A DNA stretch of 64,000 nucleotides from an uncultured Gammaproteobacteria bacterium (GCA_963805435.1 CAWDUG010000006.1:26681-90680); one strand, 5' to 3'. Positions 38,878-54,317 are shown, numbered from the stretch's first letter. Notes: generated by a model from the sequence alone, not told the origin. Program-made: numbers and translations.

Positions 38878-40098
38878 ATGGAACGCCCCACCGAATCGCG
38901 CGCGCCCGCCTCGACCACGTCGTCGCCGCGGCTCGCCCAACGCCTCCGGGAGATCTTGCGCGCAGAGCCGACGGGCGGCGTGGTGCTGTTCGCCGCCGCG
39001 GTGCTCGGCCTCATCGTCGCGAACTCACCGTTCCGCGACGCTTACGAGACTCTGCTGGCGCTCGACGGCGAGGTCCGTGTCGGCGCACTGACGGTCGCCA
39101 AGCCGCTGCTGCTCTGGGTCAACGACCTGTGGATGGCGGTGTTCTTTTTCTTCGTCTCGATGGAAATCAAACAGGAGACGATCGACGGCTATCTGGCTGA
39201 TCGTCGCGGCCTGATCCTGCCGGCGGTGGCCGCCGCGGGAGGCATCGCGGTACCCGCGGCGATCTTCGTGGCCCTGAATTCCGGCGACCCCGGCGCCCTC
39301 GCGGGCTGGGCGATTCCGACGGCTACGGACATCGCCTTCGCCATCGGCGTGCTCGCTCTACTCGGCCCGGCCGTACCGCCGGCGCTCAAGATGTCTCTGC
39401 TGACGCTCGCCGTGCTCGACGACCTCGCGGCGATCGTCATCATCGCGCTGTTCTACTCCGCTCACCTCGCGCCGGCATCACTGGCGCTTGCGGCGCTCGG
39501 CCTTGCCGCATTGTTCGCCATGAATCGCCTCGGCATCAGGCGCCTGGCGCCCTATGTGCTCGTGGGGATTGCGCTCTGGGTCTTCGTGCTGAAGTCCGGA
39601 GTACACGCGACACTTGCGGGCGTCGCCCTGGGCTTCGCAATCCCGGGCGGCCGTGGGCCAAGCGGCGAGCCTGCGCCGCTCAAACCGTTGATTCACGCAC
39701 TGCATCCCTGGGTTGCGTTCGCCATCCTGCCGGCGTTCGCGTTCGTGAATTCCGGAATCGATCTCGGCGCCATCGACGTGCGCGCCCTACTGAGCGATGT
39801 GCCCATAGGCATCGCGCTCGGCCTGTTCGTCGGCAAACCGCTCGGCATATTCGCACTGACATGGCTAACGGTGAAGCTCGGCCTGGCGCCGCTGCCACCG
39901 CAGACGACCTGGCTGCAGACCTTCGGGATGGCAGCGCTCTGCGGCATCGGCTTCACGATGAGTCTGTTCATCGCCTCGTTGGCCTACGAAGACGGCGGAA
40001 TGCGCTTTTCCGGCGTCGATCGCCTCGGCGTGATCGCAGGCTCGCTCGCGTCGGGAGTGCTGGGTTACCTGATACTGAGACGGGCGACGGCCCGCTAG
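38878..40098 (+). CDS. nhaA: Na+/H+ antiporter NhaA
   Basis: The protein reads ...LLLWVNDLWMAVFFFFVSMEIKQE...GWAIPTATDIAFAIGVLALLG...LLTLAVLDDLAAIVIIALFY. The conserved Asp pair is present and the ORF is uninterrupted. Confidence 0.95.
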   Translation: MERPTESRAPASTTSSPRLAQRLREILRAEPTGGVVLFAAAVLGLIVANSPFRDAYETLLALDGEVRVGALTVAKPLLLWVNDLWMAVFFFFVSMEIKQETIDGYLADRRGLILPAVAAAGGIAVPAAIFVALNSGDPGALAGWAIPTATDIAFAIGVLALLGPAVPPALKMSLLTLAVLDDLAAIVIIALFYSAHLAPASLALAALGLAALFAMNRLGIRRLAPYVLVGIALWVFVLKSGVHATLAGVALGFAIPGGRGPSGEPAPLKPLIHALHPWVAFAILPAFAFVNSGIDLGAIDVRALLSDVPIGIALGLFVGKPLGIFALTWLTVKLGLAPLPPQTTWLQTFGMAALCGIGFTMSLFIASLAYEDGGMRFSGVDRLGVIAGSLASGVLGYLILRRATAR

Positions 40099-40107
40099 GA
40101 GCAATGC

Positions 40108-40838
40108 ATGACCTCTACGGGCATTCCAACTCTTCGCTACTTCTCCGCCCGCGGCCGCGCGCAGTTCCTGCGCTACTACTTCCGCACTCGAAACATCGAC
40201 TTCATCGACGAAGAAGTGGCTTTGAGCGCCGACTTCGCCGCGTGGGCGGCCGATCCGCAGCGACCGCGCGCTGTCCGGCCCGTTCCACAAGCTGCCGGTG
40301 CTGCACTGCGACGGGCAGCTGATCGCCGAGACGCCCGTGATCGCCGCGTTCGTGCATCGCCGCTTCGGCGACGAGCAACGGCTGTCGCCCGCCGAGAACC
40401 TGCAGCACGCGATGCTGCTGTCGAGCCTGTTCATCGACGTCATGACGCCAATCGGTCTGCTGATCTGGCTCGACGCGGCCTACGTGGGTGTCGATGTGCA
40501 CTGCCGCCGCGAAGCGTACGCTCGAGCGCGTGAACGCCCAGATGCACAACATCGAGCGCACGCTGATCGAGTGGCAGTGGTTCGCTCACATGGGCAATCG
40601 GCCGATCATGGTCGCCGACTGCCTGCTATGGGAGGAGCTCAGCGTGCTTCAGCACGTGTTCGGGGCTCACGTGCCGCTCGGCTCGTGGCCGGAGCTCGCG
40701 CGCTTCTACGCCGAGTTCGCGGGCCGCGCCGTGTGCGAGCGCGAGCTGGCCGCGAAACCGCGGCCCGTCACGGGTAGACCCGCCGAGCCCGAAGCGATCG
40801 CGCAGCTGCAGCAGGCGCTCGCGGCACCCGTGAAGTGA
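40108..40838 (+). pseudogene. Glutathione S-transferase family protein, 2 frame breaks
   Basis: The N-terminus is MTSTGIPTLRYFSARGRAQFLRYYF, followed by ...FHKLPVLHCDGQLIAETPVIAAFV... and the C-terminal helical domain. The segments lie in ORFs 40108.., 40298.. and 40488..40838. The breaks fall near 40252 and 40499. Confidence 0.6.
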
Positions 40839-40877
40839 AGCTGCCGTCGCGCTCGCGGCGGCCTCTATAATTCGCCG

Positions 40878-42114
40878 ATGACCCACAAGACCCTCGTTCG
40901 TCCGTTCGCCGCGTTGCGCCCCACACCGGAGCACGCCGCAGACGTGATCGCCCCGCCCTACGACGTCGTGAATACCGAAGAAGCTCGTGCGCTGGCCGCG
41001 GGCCATCCGCAGAGCTTCCTGCACATCTCGCGGCCCGAGATCGATCTGCCCCCCGGCAGCTCGCCCTACTCCGACGCCGCCTACGCGCAGGGCGCGGCGA
41101 GCCTCGCAAAGCTCGTCGACGACGGAGTCCTCGTGCGGGAGCGCGAGCCGTCGTTCTATGTCTACCGCATGACGATGCGCGGCCGCACGCAGACAGGCAT
41201 CGCGTTCGTCGGCTCCGTGGCCGCCTACGAGCAGCACGGGATCCGCCGTCACGAACTGACGCGCCCGGACAAAGAGAACGACCGCGTTCGCAACATCGCG
41301 ACACTGAACGCACAGACCGGGCCCGTGCTGCTCGCGTATCGCGCCAACGCCGCGGTCGCCGCGCTGGTCGCATTCGGCCGCGGCGGCGGCGCCGCTGTTC
41401 AGCGTCGCGGGGCCGAACGACGTCCAGCACACGCTGTGGCGCGTCGGCGCGCCACGCGACGTCGCCGCGTTCTCTGCGGCGCTGAACGCACTCGACGCGT
41501 TGTACATCGCGGACGGTCATCACCGCTCGGCCGCAGCGGCGCGCGTAGCCGCGCAGCGGCGCGGCAACCCGGAGGCGAGTCATGAGTATTTTCTCGCTGT
41601 GGCGTTTCCGCACGACGAGATGCGGATTCTCGACTACAACCGCGTCGTCCGCGATCTGCACGGTCTGACCGCGGAGGCGTTCCTCGCTCGAATCCGCGAG
41701 TCGTTCGTCGTGGCCGCGGGCACCGAACCTGTGACGCCCGCACGCACCGAGACCTTCGGCATGTATCTCACTGGCCACTGGTACGCGCTCGCGATCAAGC
41801 CCGAGCTCGTGCCACGCGCGGATCCGGTCGCGAGCCTGGACGTGAGCCTGCTGCAGGATCGGTTGCTCACTCCCGTGCTCGGTATCGGCGACCCACGCAT
41901 GGACTCGCGCATCGATTTCGTCGGCGGCATCCGCGGCCTGGCCGAGCTCGAGAAGCGCGTCGACTCCGGCAGCGCGGCCGTCGCGTTCGCGTTGCATCCC
42001 ACGCGCATGGAGCAACTCATGGCCGTGGCCGACGCCGGCAAACTGATGCCGCCGAAGTCGACGTGGTTCGAGCCGAAGCTCGCCGACGGGTTACTGTCGC
42101 ACGTGCTCGACTAA
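40878..42114 (+). pseudogene. DUF1015 family protein, one frame break near 41375-41390
   Basis: The N-terminus reads MTHKTLVRPFAALRPTPEHAADVIAPPYDVV...FYVYRM. The sequence continues in ORF 41500..42114 with LYIADGHHRSAAA...GGIRGLAELEK...MPPKSTWFEPKL. Confidence 0.8.
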
Positions 42115-42126
42115 CAAGGAGCAGAA

Positions 42127-42291
42127 AAGATCTCTCGCGAAGGCGCAAAGACGCCAAGCCAGATAAGAAGACAGGACTATGGCCAGAAGGATCTCGACAG
42201 TCAAAGCCGACGTCTGAGGCCGGCGTCGACACTACCTGTCATGCCCTCTTCTTATCCGGCTTGGCGTCTTTGCGCCTTTGCGAGAGATCTT
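42127..42291. repeat. Large imperfect inverted repeat (44-nt arms, 77-nt spacer), lower GC than its surroundings; MITE-like, structured-RNA-like, or a bidirectional terminator
   Basis: Arm 1 (42127-42170) is AAGATCTCTCGCGAAGGCGCAAAGACGCCAAGCCAGATAAGAAG. Arm 2 (42248-42291) is its reverse complement with 2 mismatches. Arm GC is about 52 percent. The element lies between convergent genes, with stops at 42114 and 42303. Confidence 0.8.
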
Positions 42292-42302
42292 AGTCTTATC
42301 TT

Positions 42303-43421
42303 TCAGAGCAGCGGGAACGCGCTCAAAACGCCCGGCGGCGTGACGTGCGCAGCGGGTTGCAGATACGTGCCGTCGAGCTCCGCAATACTCGTCAGCCCGA
42401 GCAGCTTCATGGTCACCGTGAGCTCGGTCTCGAGCAACTCGAGCAGCCGCACCACGCCGCGCTCGCCGCCGGCGCCAAGCGCGAGCGCCTGGATCTTGCC
42501 GAGCCCCACCATCGCGGCCCCGCGCGCGAGTCCCTTCAGCACGTCCGTACCGCGCACGAAGCCGCCGTCGACCACGAACTCCGCTTTGCCGCGCGCCACG
42601 CTGACGACTTCGGGCACGAGATCGATCGCGCCGCGGCCCTGGTCGAGCTGCCGGCCGCCGTGGTTCGACACGTAGATCACGTCGACGCCGTGCTGCACGG
42701 CCAGGTCCGCGTCTTCAGCCGTCTGGATGCCCTTCAGCATCAGCGGCACCTTGACCGTTCGCTTCAACTTCTCGACGAGGCTCCAGTCCGTACGGCCGCG
42801 ATTCGCCTCGCCGGCGCGCAGGGACCCGAACGGCCGGCCCGCCATGGCCGCTCGGCGGTGGATGTGGCGCTCGCGCCGGCCGAATGTCGGCACGTCCACC
42901 GTGAGACAGACGGCTTTCGCGCCGATGTCGACCGCGCGCTTCGCCGTGTCGAGCAACCAACGCTCGTCGCCGTCGGGGTAGATCTGGAACAGGAACTGTT
43001 CGCGGGCCGCGCGCGCGACTTCTTCGAAGCCGGGTTGGGTCACGCTGCTCACGAGCATCAGGCAGCCGAACTCCGCCGCCGCGCGCGCTACGGGCAATGC
43101 GCCCTCGGGGTCGATGTCGGTCAGGCTCGCGATCGGCGCGAGCAACACCGGCAGGCGCTGCTTGCACTTCAGGAAAGTGGTCGCGGGAATCGCGCCTTCC
43201 ACGTTGCGCAGCACGCGCGGCCGGAACGCGATGCCGTCGAGCGAGTGGCGGTTGCGCAGCATCGTGGTCTCGGTCTCGGCGCCGCCGCAGATGAAGTCCC
43301 AGGTCTCCGCCGAGAGGCGTTTCTTCGCCTGCGCGATGAGCTCCGTGGTCGTCAGCAGCTCGGCGGTCGGATTTGCGGTCTTCGCAGCGCGTTGCTTCTT
43401 CTTGGTTCGTTTCGTTGCCAT
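42303..43421 (-). CDS. FMN-dependent alpha-hydroxy-acid dehydrogenase/oxidase (LldD/glycolate oxidase family)
   Basis: The protein contains ...VKVPLMLKGIQTAEDADLAVQHGVDVIYVSNHGGRQLDQG...VVDGGFVRGTDVLKGLARGA. There is a Lys-rich N-terminal extension (MATKRTKKKQRAAK). The ORF is uninterrupted. Confidence 0.85.
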   Translation of the reverse strand: MATKRTKKKQRAAKTANPTAELLTTTELIAQAKKRLSAETWDFICGGAETETTMLRNRHSLDGIAFRPRVLRNVEGAIPATTFLKCKQRLPVLLAPIASLTDIDPEGALPVARAAAEFGCLMLVSSVTQPGFEEVARAAREQFLFQIYPDGDERWLLDTAKRAVDIGAKAVCLTVDVPTFGRRERHIHRRAAMAGRPFGSLRAGEANRGRTDWSLVEKLKRTVKVPLMLKGIQTAEDADLAVQHGVDVIYVSNHGGRQLDQGRGAIDLVPEVVSVARGKAEFVVDGGFVRGTDVLKGLARGAAMVGLGKIQALALGAGGERGVVRLLELLETELTVTMKLLGLTSIAELDGTYLQPAAHVTPPGVLSAFPLL

Positions 43422-43694
43422 CGCGGCGCGTCTCCGGGCGTCGTCAGGTCGCGCCAGAGTGTACGGCCTGGCGCAGCCATTCGACAGCGGTCAAAGCGAG
43501 CATACGTCGTGTTCGCCCTGCCGAAACGTTGAGTCTGTGGCGGCAGGACCGTAGGGCGAGCAACGCCTGGCGAGGCTTAGTTGACACTGGTGCACGACAA
43601 GGCGCACGTTGCGTTACCCGTAACGCGCCGGCGGCGGCGCATGGGTAACGCACAGTTCCTCGACCCTAACCCGAACAACTAACGAGGGCTTCCC

Positions 43695-44017
43695 ATGAAA
43701 CACAAATCCCTGTTGACGATTGCGGCATCCGCACTGCTAGTGACAACGGCGAGCAGTATCTATCCGGCGGGCGGCAGTTTGGGCCGTTCACGTCCAAGAA
43801 CTTGACCCCGGACCAGTACGGTCGACCGGCCGGTCTGACGTTCGAGGAATTCAAGAACGTGATACGCACCGGTCAGGACCCTGACGTGCCGAATTACACG
43901 CTTCAGGTCATGCCCTGGCCGGTCTACAAGAACATGACCGATCTCGATTTGCGGGCGATCTACGAGTATCTCCGGGCGATCCCCTCGCTGCCGAACAACC
44001 CGAATCCGACGCCCTGA
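43695..44017 (+). pseudogene. Small secreted cytochrome-c-like domain protein lacking a CxxCH motif, one frame break near 43740-43755
   Basis: The ATG at 43695 gives the signal peptide MKHKSLLTIAASALL. The next frame reads ...NGEQYLSGGRQFGPFTSKNLTPDQYGRPAGLTFEEFKNVIRTGQDPD...LQVMPWPVYKNMTDLDLRAIYEYLRAIP. This resembles the C-terminal two thirds of dehydrogenase-type cytochrome c domains. No Cys is present. Confidence 0.4.
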
Positions 44018-44030
44018 CTTAACGCTCGAT

Positions 44031-44059
44031 GGCTGGCCGGGCCTTGCGCCCGGCCAGCC
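44031..44059 (+). terminator. GC-rich hairpin after the cytochrome-c-like gene (no U-tract)
   Basis: GGCTGGCCGGGC-cttgc-GCCCGGCCAGCC forms a 12-bp perfect stem beginning 14 nt after the TGA at 44015-44017. No T-run follows. Confidence 0.4.
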
Positions 44060-44118
44060 GTCGAGCAACCCTGATTGCACTTGCGCGTGGCCGGTGACTT
44101 GTAACTCTGGAATAGCGA

Positions 44119-44553
44119 ATGAACGAAGTACTTCACGAGGGGGGTTGCCTGTGCGGAGCCGTGCGGTATTCAACGCGCGGCGATCCGGTCCTCGTCAACG
44201 TGTGTCATTGCACGTTTTGTCAGCGCCGAACCGGCAGCGCGTTCGGCATCAGCGTCATCTTCAACGAGGCGGATGTCGAGATCTCGGGCAAGCGGAGCGT
44301 GTACGAGCACCGGTCCGACGAAAGCCATCGTTGGCTCCGCAACGAGTTCTGCCCGGCGTGCGGAACCACGGTGGGTTGGACCGCGGAAATGCGACCGGGC
44401 ATGCGCGTGATCGCCGGCGGAACGTTCGACGATCCGAAGTGGTTCAAGATCAACCGGTTCATCTGGGCACGTTCGGCGCACTCATGGATAGAGCCGCCGC
44501 CCGGCATGGAGGTGTTCGAAACGGCCGTGCCATCGCCTCCGGCGAAGGGGTAG
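44119..44553 (+). CDS. GFA (glutathione-dependent formaldehyde-activating/CENP-V) family protein
   Basis: The N-terminus reads MNEVLHEGGCLCGAVRYSTRGDPVLVNVCHCTFCQRRTGSAFG...FCPACGT, a Cys-rich zinc-site pattern. Confidence 0.85.
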   Translation: MNEVLHEGGCLCGAVRYSTRGDPVLVNVCHCTFCQRRTGSAFGISVIFNEADVEISGKRSVYEHRSDESHRWLRNEFCPACGTTVGWTAEMRPGMRVIAGGTFDDPKWFKINRFIWARSAHSWIEPPPGMEVFETAVPSPPAKG

Positions 44554-44644
44554 CCGCGCCGACCCCTGCGGTCTCGCGAAGCGGGCCAGCGGCCGCTGGC
44601 ATCGAGTAGACTGGCGGCCATCAAGTCTGAAAAGGGGCCTCGCG

Positions 44645-45511
44645 ATGCGCCGACTCTATCTCTCCATCGTTTCGATGCTGCTGGTGCTCACCGCAACGGC
44701 GCCGGCCTCGGCGCAAACCATCACCGCGGAAGGCCCGGTGGTCTACGGCCACCATCATTTCAACACGACGGACATGGCCGCGCAGCGGCGCTTCTTCGTC
44801 GACACGCTGGGCGGCACCGCGGCGAAGATCGGCACCAACAACACCGAAGTCATCGAGTTCCCGAATGTCTTCCTGTTCTTCCGGCCGATGCAGGCTCCGA
44901 CCGGCGGCACGATCGGCAGCACGGTGAACCACGTCGGCTTCTCGGTGCCGGACCTGAAACCGGTGGTCGCCAGGTTGAAGGCCAACGGCTACAAGATGAT
45001 CACGAGCGAATCCGTGGCCGCGACCGTGAAGATCACCGACGACATCGCCGCCGCAAGTCCGACGACGAACATCGCGTTCACGCTGGGCCCGGAGGACATC
45101 AAGGTCGAGCTCGTCGAGGTCAAGACGCAAGCTGCGCCGATCCAGCTGCACCACGTGCATTTTTTCGGCGAGCATCGCGAAGAGATGCAGGCCTGGTACG
45201 CGAAGGTGTTCGGCGCGACGCTGAACCCGGCTGCACCGGGCCAGGCGTTCGTGACGGATTCGCTGCCGGGCGTTACTTTGAGCTTCTCGCCTTCGGCGAC
45301 ACCGACCGTGGCGACTCAGGGCCGTGCGCTCGACCACATCGGCTTCGAGATCAAGAACCTCGAGGCGTTCACGAAGAAGCTCGAGGCCGACGGCATTCCG
45401 CTGACCGTCGCGTATCGGACGGTGCCCGCGCTCGGGCTGGCCATCGCGTTCATCAAGGATCCCTGGGGCACGAACATCGAGATGACCGAAGGGCTCGCAA
45501 GCATCAAGTAG
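44645..45511 (+). CDS. Secreted VOC (glyoxalase/bleomycin-resistance/dioxygenase) family protein, two-domain
   Basis: The signal peptide is MRRLYLSIVSMLLVLTATAPASA. Two repeated modules follow, each with a VNHVGFSV / LDHIGFEI pattern and a ...DPWGTNIEM end. Confidence 0.75.
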   Translation: MRRLYLSIVSMLLVLTATAPASAQTITAEGPVVYGHHHFNTTDMAAQRRFFVDTLGGTAAKIGTNNTEVIEFPNVFLFFRPMQAPTGGTIGSTVNHVGFSVPDLKPVVARLKANGYKMITSESVAATVKITDDIAAASPTTNIAFTLGPEDIKVELVEVKTQAAPIQLHHVHFFGEHREEMQAWYAKVFGATLNPAAPGQAFVTDSLPGVTLSFSPSATPTVATQGRALDHIGFEIKNLEAFTKKLEADGIPLTVAYRTVPALGLAIAFIKDPWGTNIEMTEGLASIK

Positions 45512-45525
45512 GTTTGGAGTTTCAC

Positions 45526-47457
45526 ATGCACCGTCGCATCGCGCGGCTCGCGCCGCTGCTCGGATTCTCGTTGCTGGTCTCAACAGCGGCACTCGCGCAG
45601 GACGCATCGCAGTGGGGCTACTACTCCGGCAACAGCGCCACGATGCGCTACTCGCCGCTCGCTCAGATCGACCGCACGAACGTTCGGAATCTCAAAATCG
45701 CGTGGCGCCACCCGCACGCCGATCCCGCAATCGTCGCGGAGGACCCCGACCTCACGTTCTCGAATCGCTACATGTCGACGCCGATCTACGTCGACGGCCT
45801 TCTCTACGTGCCGAACGCGTTCGGCCTCGTCGAGGCGCTCGATCCCAAGACGGGCAAAGCCCGCGTGGACGCAGAAACCTCTGATCGAGGGGCCGGAAGG
45901 CCTGCCGGCACTGATGATCAGCAAGGGCGTCGCGTACTGGGGCCGCGGCGCCGACGCGCGGATTCTGACCGTGCGCCAGCAGCAGCTATTCGCGCTGAAC
46001 CCGAAGACGGGCGCGCCCATCGCCGGTTTCGGCGACGGCGGCAAGGTCGAGCTCTCGACGGAGCAGTTTCACTACAAGTGGGCCGGCGTGCCCGTCGTCG
46101 CAGGCGACGTCGTGCTCATCGGCGCGTCGATGCTCGAGCAGGATTCCGCCGTGTACAAGGATGGGCCGCCCGGCCTCGTGCGCGCATTCGACGTGCGCAC
46201 CGGCAAGCCACGCTGGAGCTTCAGCCCGATTCCGCGCGACGCGGGCGATCCCGCAGCGGCCACGTGGAAGGACGACTGCCTGGAAGTACTCCGGCGCGGG
46301 CAATACATGGTCGACGTTCAGCGTCGACGAGGCGCTCGGACTCGTCTACGTGCCGACCTCGGCGGGACGAACGACATGTACGGCGGCGCCCGCATCGGCG
46401 ACAACCTGTACACGAGCTCGGTCGTCGCGCTCGACATGAAGACAGGCCAGCGCAAGTGGCACTTCCAGACCGTGCATCACGACCTCTTCGACTACGACTT
46501 GCCCGCGGCGCCGATCCTCGTCGACATCACCGTCGACGGCAAGACCGATCAAGGCGCTCGCGCAGCTGACGAAACAAGGATTCGTGTTCGTGCTCGACCG
46601 CGTGACCGGCAAGCCCGTGTGGCCAATCGAGGAACGGCCCGCGCCGAAGTCGACGGTGCCGGGCGAGTCCACGTCGCCCACGCAACCCGTGCCGACCAAG
46701 CCGCCGCCATACGAGAGCCAGAGCTTGACGACGGACGACCTCATCGACTTCACGCCCGAGCTGCGCGCGCAGGCGATTGAGATCGTGAAGCGCTACATCA
46801 CGGGCCCGATGTTCACGCCGCCTTCCGTCATCGGCAAAGGGCCGAACGACACGCTCGGCACGATCCAGGTGCCCGGCGCCTCCGGCGGCGCGAATTGGAA
46901 CGGCGGCGCGTTCGATCCCGAGACGGGCATGCTGTACGTCGGCTCGCGCTCCGTCGCGTTCGTCGCCGATCTCTTCGCGCCCGATCCCGCGCGCTCGGAT
47001 CTGCGCTACCGCGCCGGCATGCGCGAGATGATGAACGGCCCGCAGGGGCTACCGCTGATGAAGCCGCCCTACGGCCGGATCACCGCGTACGACTTGAACC
47101 GCGGCGACATCGCGTGGGTGGTGCCGAACGGCGACGGTCCGCGCAACCATCCCGCGCTGAAGGGCCTGAACCTGCCGCCGCTCGGCGACGCCGACACCCT
47201 CGGCCGTCATCGCGACGAAGACGCTGCTTTTCGTCACGCAGGCTGACAAGAGCACGCCGCGCTCGCCAGCCAACGTCGGCGGCACGAAGTTCCGCGCGCT
47301 CGACAAGGCGACTGGTGCGACGCTATCGGAGATCGACCTCGGCGTCGGGCAGAACAACACGCCGATGACGTTCATGCATGAAGGCAAGCAATACGTCGTC
47401 GTGTCCATCGGTGGCACGGATCATCCGGCCGAACTCGTGGCGCTCGCCCTGCCCTAG
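45526..47457 (+). pseudogene. Soluble PQQ-dependent dehydrogenase (quinoprotein beta-propeller), 5 frame breaks
   Basis: The ATG at 45526 follows the RBS GGAG. A signal peptide precedes WGYYSGNSATMRYSPLAQIDRTNVRNLKIAWR...STPIYVDGLLYV...LFALNPKTG...GDNLYTSSVVALDMKTGQRKWHFQTVHHDLFDYDL...GFVFVLDRVTGKPVWPIEE...GRITAYDLNRGDIAW. The breaks fall near 45860, 46278, 46365, 46548 and 47195. The TAG stop is at 47455-47457. Confidence 0.8.
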
Positions 47458-47501
47458 CTCGCGACCGCAGCACTCCCGTGCCTGCGTACAAACGTGCGCT
47501 G

Positions 47502-53158
<5,657 letters not shown>

Positions 53159-53276
53159 AGGAGAACGCGCATTGTGCCGCAAAAACCCGCCGCGGGCGGG
53201 CCCTGCATGACGAAGCCGCCGGAACACGCTAGAGTGCGGTCTTTGCGAAAACAGAATCTGTATTCTGGAGTAGACC

Positions 53277-54308
53277 ATGGCAACAATCTCGCGACGTGGG
53301 GTGCTCGGAGGCGCGGCGGCGCTCACCGCGCTCGGGCTGGTACCACGTATCGTCCGTGCACAGAACAACCGGGACGGAGCCGCCAAACCGCCGCCATCTA
53401 AAGGCACGAAGCTCGTGATGCTCGGCACGCGGGGCGGGCCGGGGATCGATCTGAACCGCGGCGAGACGGCCTGCGCGCTGGTCGTCGACGGTGTGCCCTA
53501 CCTGCTCGACTGCGGCTACGGCACGCTGCGCGCGCTCCTGGCGTCCGGCATCGGCTTCCAGAAAGTCGACACGTTGTTCTTCTCGCACCTGCACAACGAC
53601 CATACCGCGGACCTCGCTGCATTCCTGTCCCATCAATGGACCAGCAGTAAGAAGACTCCCACGAACATTTACGGGCCCTACGCGACAGCCGCGACGGTCG
53701 CGGGCGCGCTGCAGTTCATGCGCGCCGACGTCGAGATCCGCGTCATCGACGAGGGCCGCACGGTGCTGCCGGAAGCGCTGTTCTTCGGCCATGACGTCGA
53801 CGTCGGCGCCGACCCGGTGCGCATCTTCGCCGACGAGCGCGTGGTCGTGACCGCCGTGACGAACACGCACTTCCCCGAGCGCGCCGTCGCCCGCATGGCG
53901 CATCGCTCGCTCGGCTACCGGTTCGAAACGGCCGGGCGCACGATCGCGTTCTCGGGCGATACGGCGTACTCGGCCAACGTCGTAAAGCTCGCGCGCGGCG
54001 CGGACGTGTTCGTGTGCGAGGTCATGGACCACGGCGTCTACACAGACTCCGTTGCGCGGGCAAAAGCGGCAGCCGAAGCCGGCAACCCCGAGAATATCTG
54101 GCGGCACGTCTCGGAAACGCACTCGACACCGGCCGACGTAGGCCGTATGGCGAGCGAGGCGAAGGTCAAGACCGTGGTACTGAACCACCAGCTACGCGGC
54201 CCGGGCCAGCCTGGCGGCGGAGGCTTTCAGATCTCCGCGTTCATCGACGGCGTGCGCTCCGCCTTCAACGGCGAAGTCATCGTCGGCGAAGACCAGCTCG
54301 TGATCTGA
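53277..54308 (+). CDS. MBL-fold metallo-hydrolase with a Tat signal peptide
   Basis: The Tat motif is MATISRRGVLGGAAALTALGLVPRIVRAQ. The protein contains FFSHLHNDHTADL (HxHxDH). The ORF is uninterrupted. Confidence 0.85.
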   Translation: MATISRRGVLGGAAALTALGLVPRIVRAQNNRDGAAKPPPSKGTKLVMLGTRGGPGIDLNRGETACALVVDGVPYLLDCGYGTLRALLASGIGFQKVDTLFFSHLHNDHTADLAAFLSHQWTSSKKTPTNIYGPYATAATVAGALQFMRADVEIRVIDEGRTVLPEALFFGHDVDVGADPVRIFADERVVVTAVTNTHFPERAVARMAHRSLGYRFETAGRTIAFSGDTAYSANVVKLARGADVFVCEVMDHGVYTDSVARAKAAAEAGNPENIWRHVSETHSTPADVGRMASEAKVKTVVLNHQLRGPGQPGGGGFQISAFIDGVRSAFNGEVIVGEDQLVI

Positions 54309-54317
54309 AGACTGCGC

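Noticed and set aside
42179-42217. A 12-codon mini-ORF (MARRISTVKADV) in the spacer of the large inverted repeat, and the mirrored pseudo-ORFs 42063..42293(+) and 42017..42232(-).
   Set aside because: The mini-ORF has no convincing RBS spacing. The longer ORFs simply translate the two arms of the palindrome in mirror fashion (...FLSGLASLRL(C/R)ERS on both strands), which is a signature of non-coding repeat sequence.
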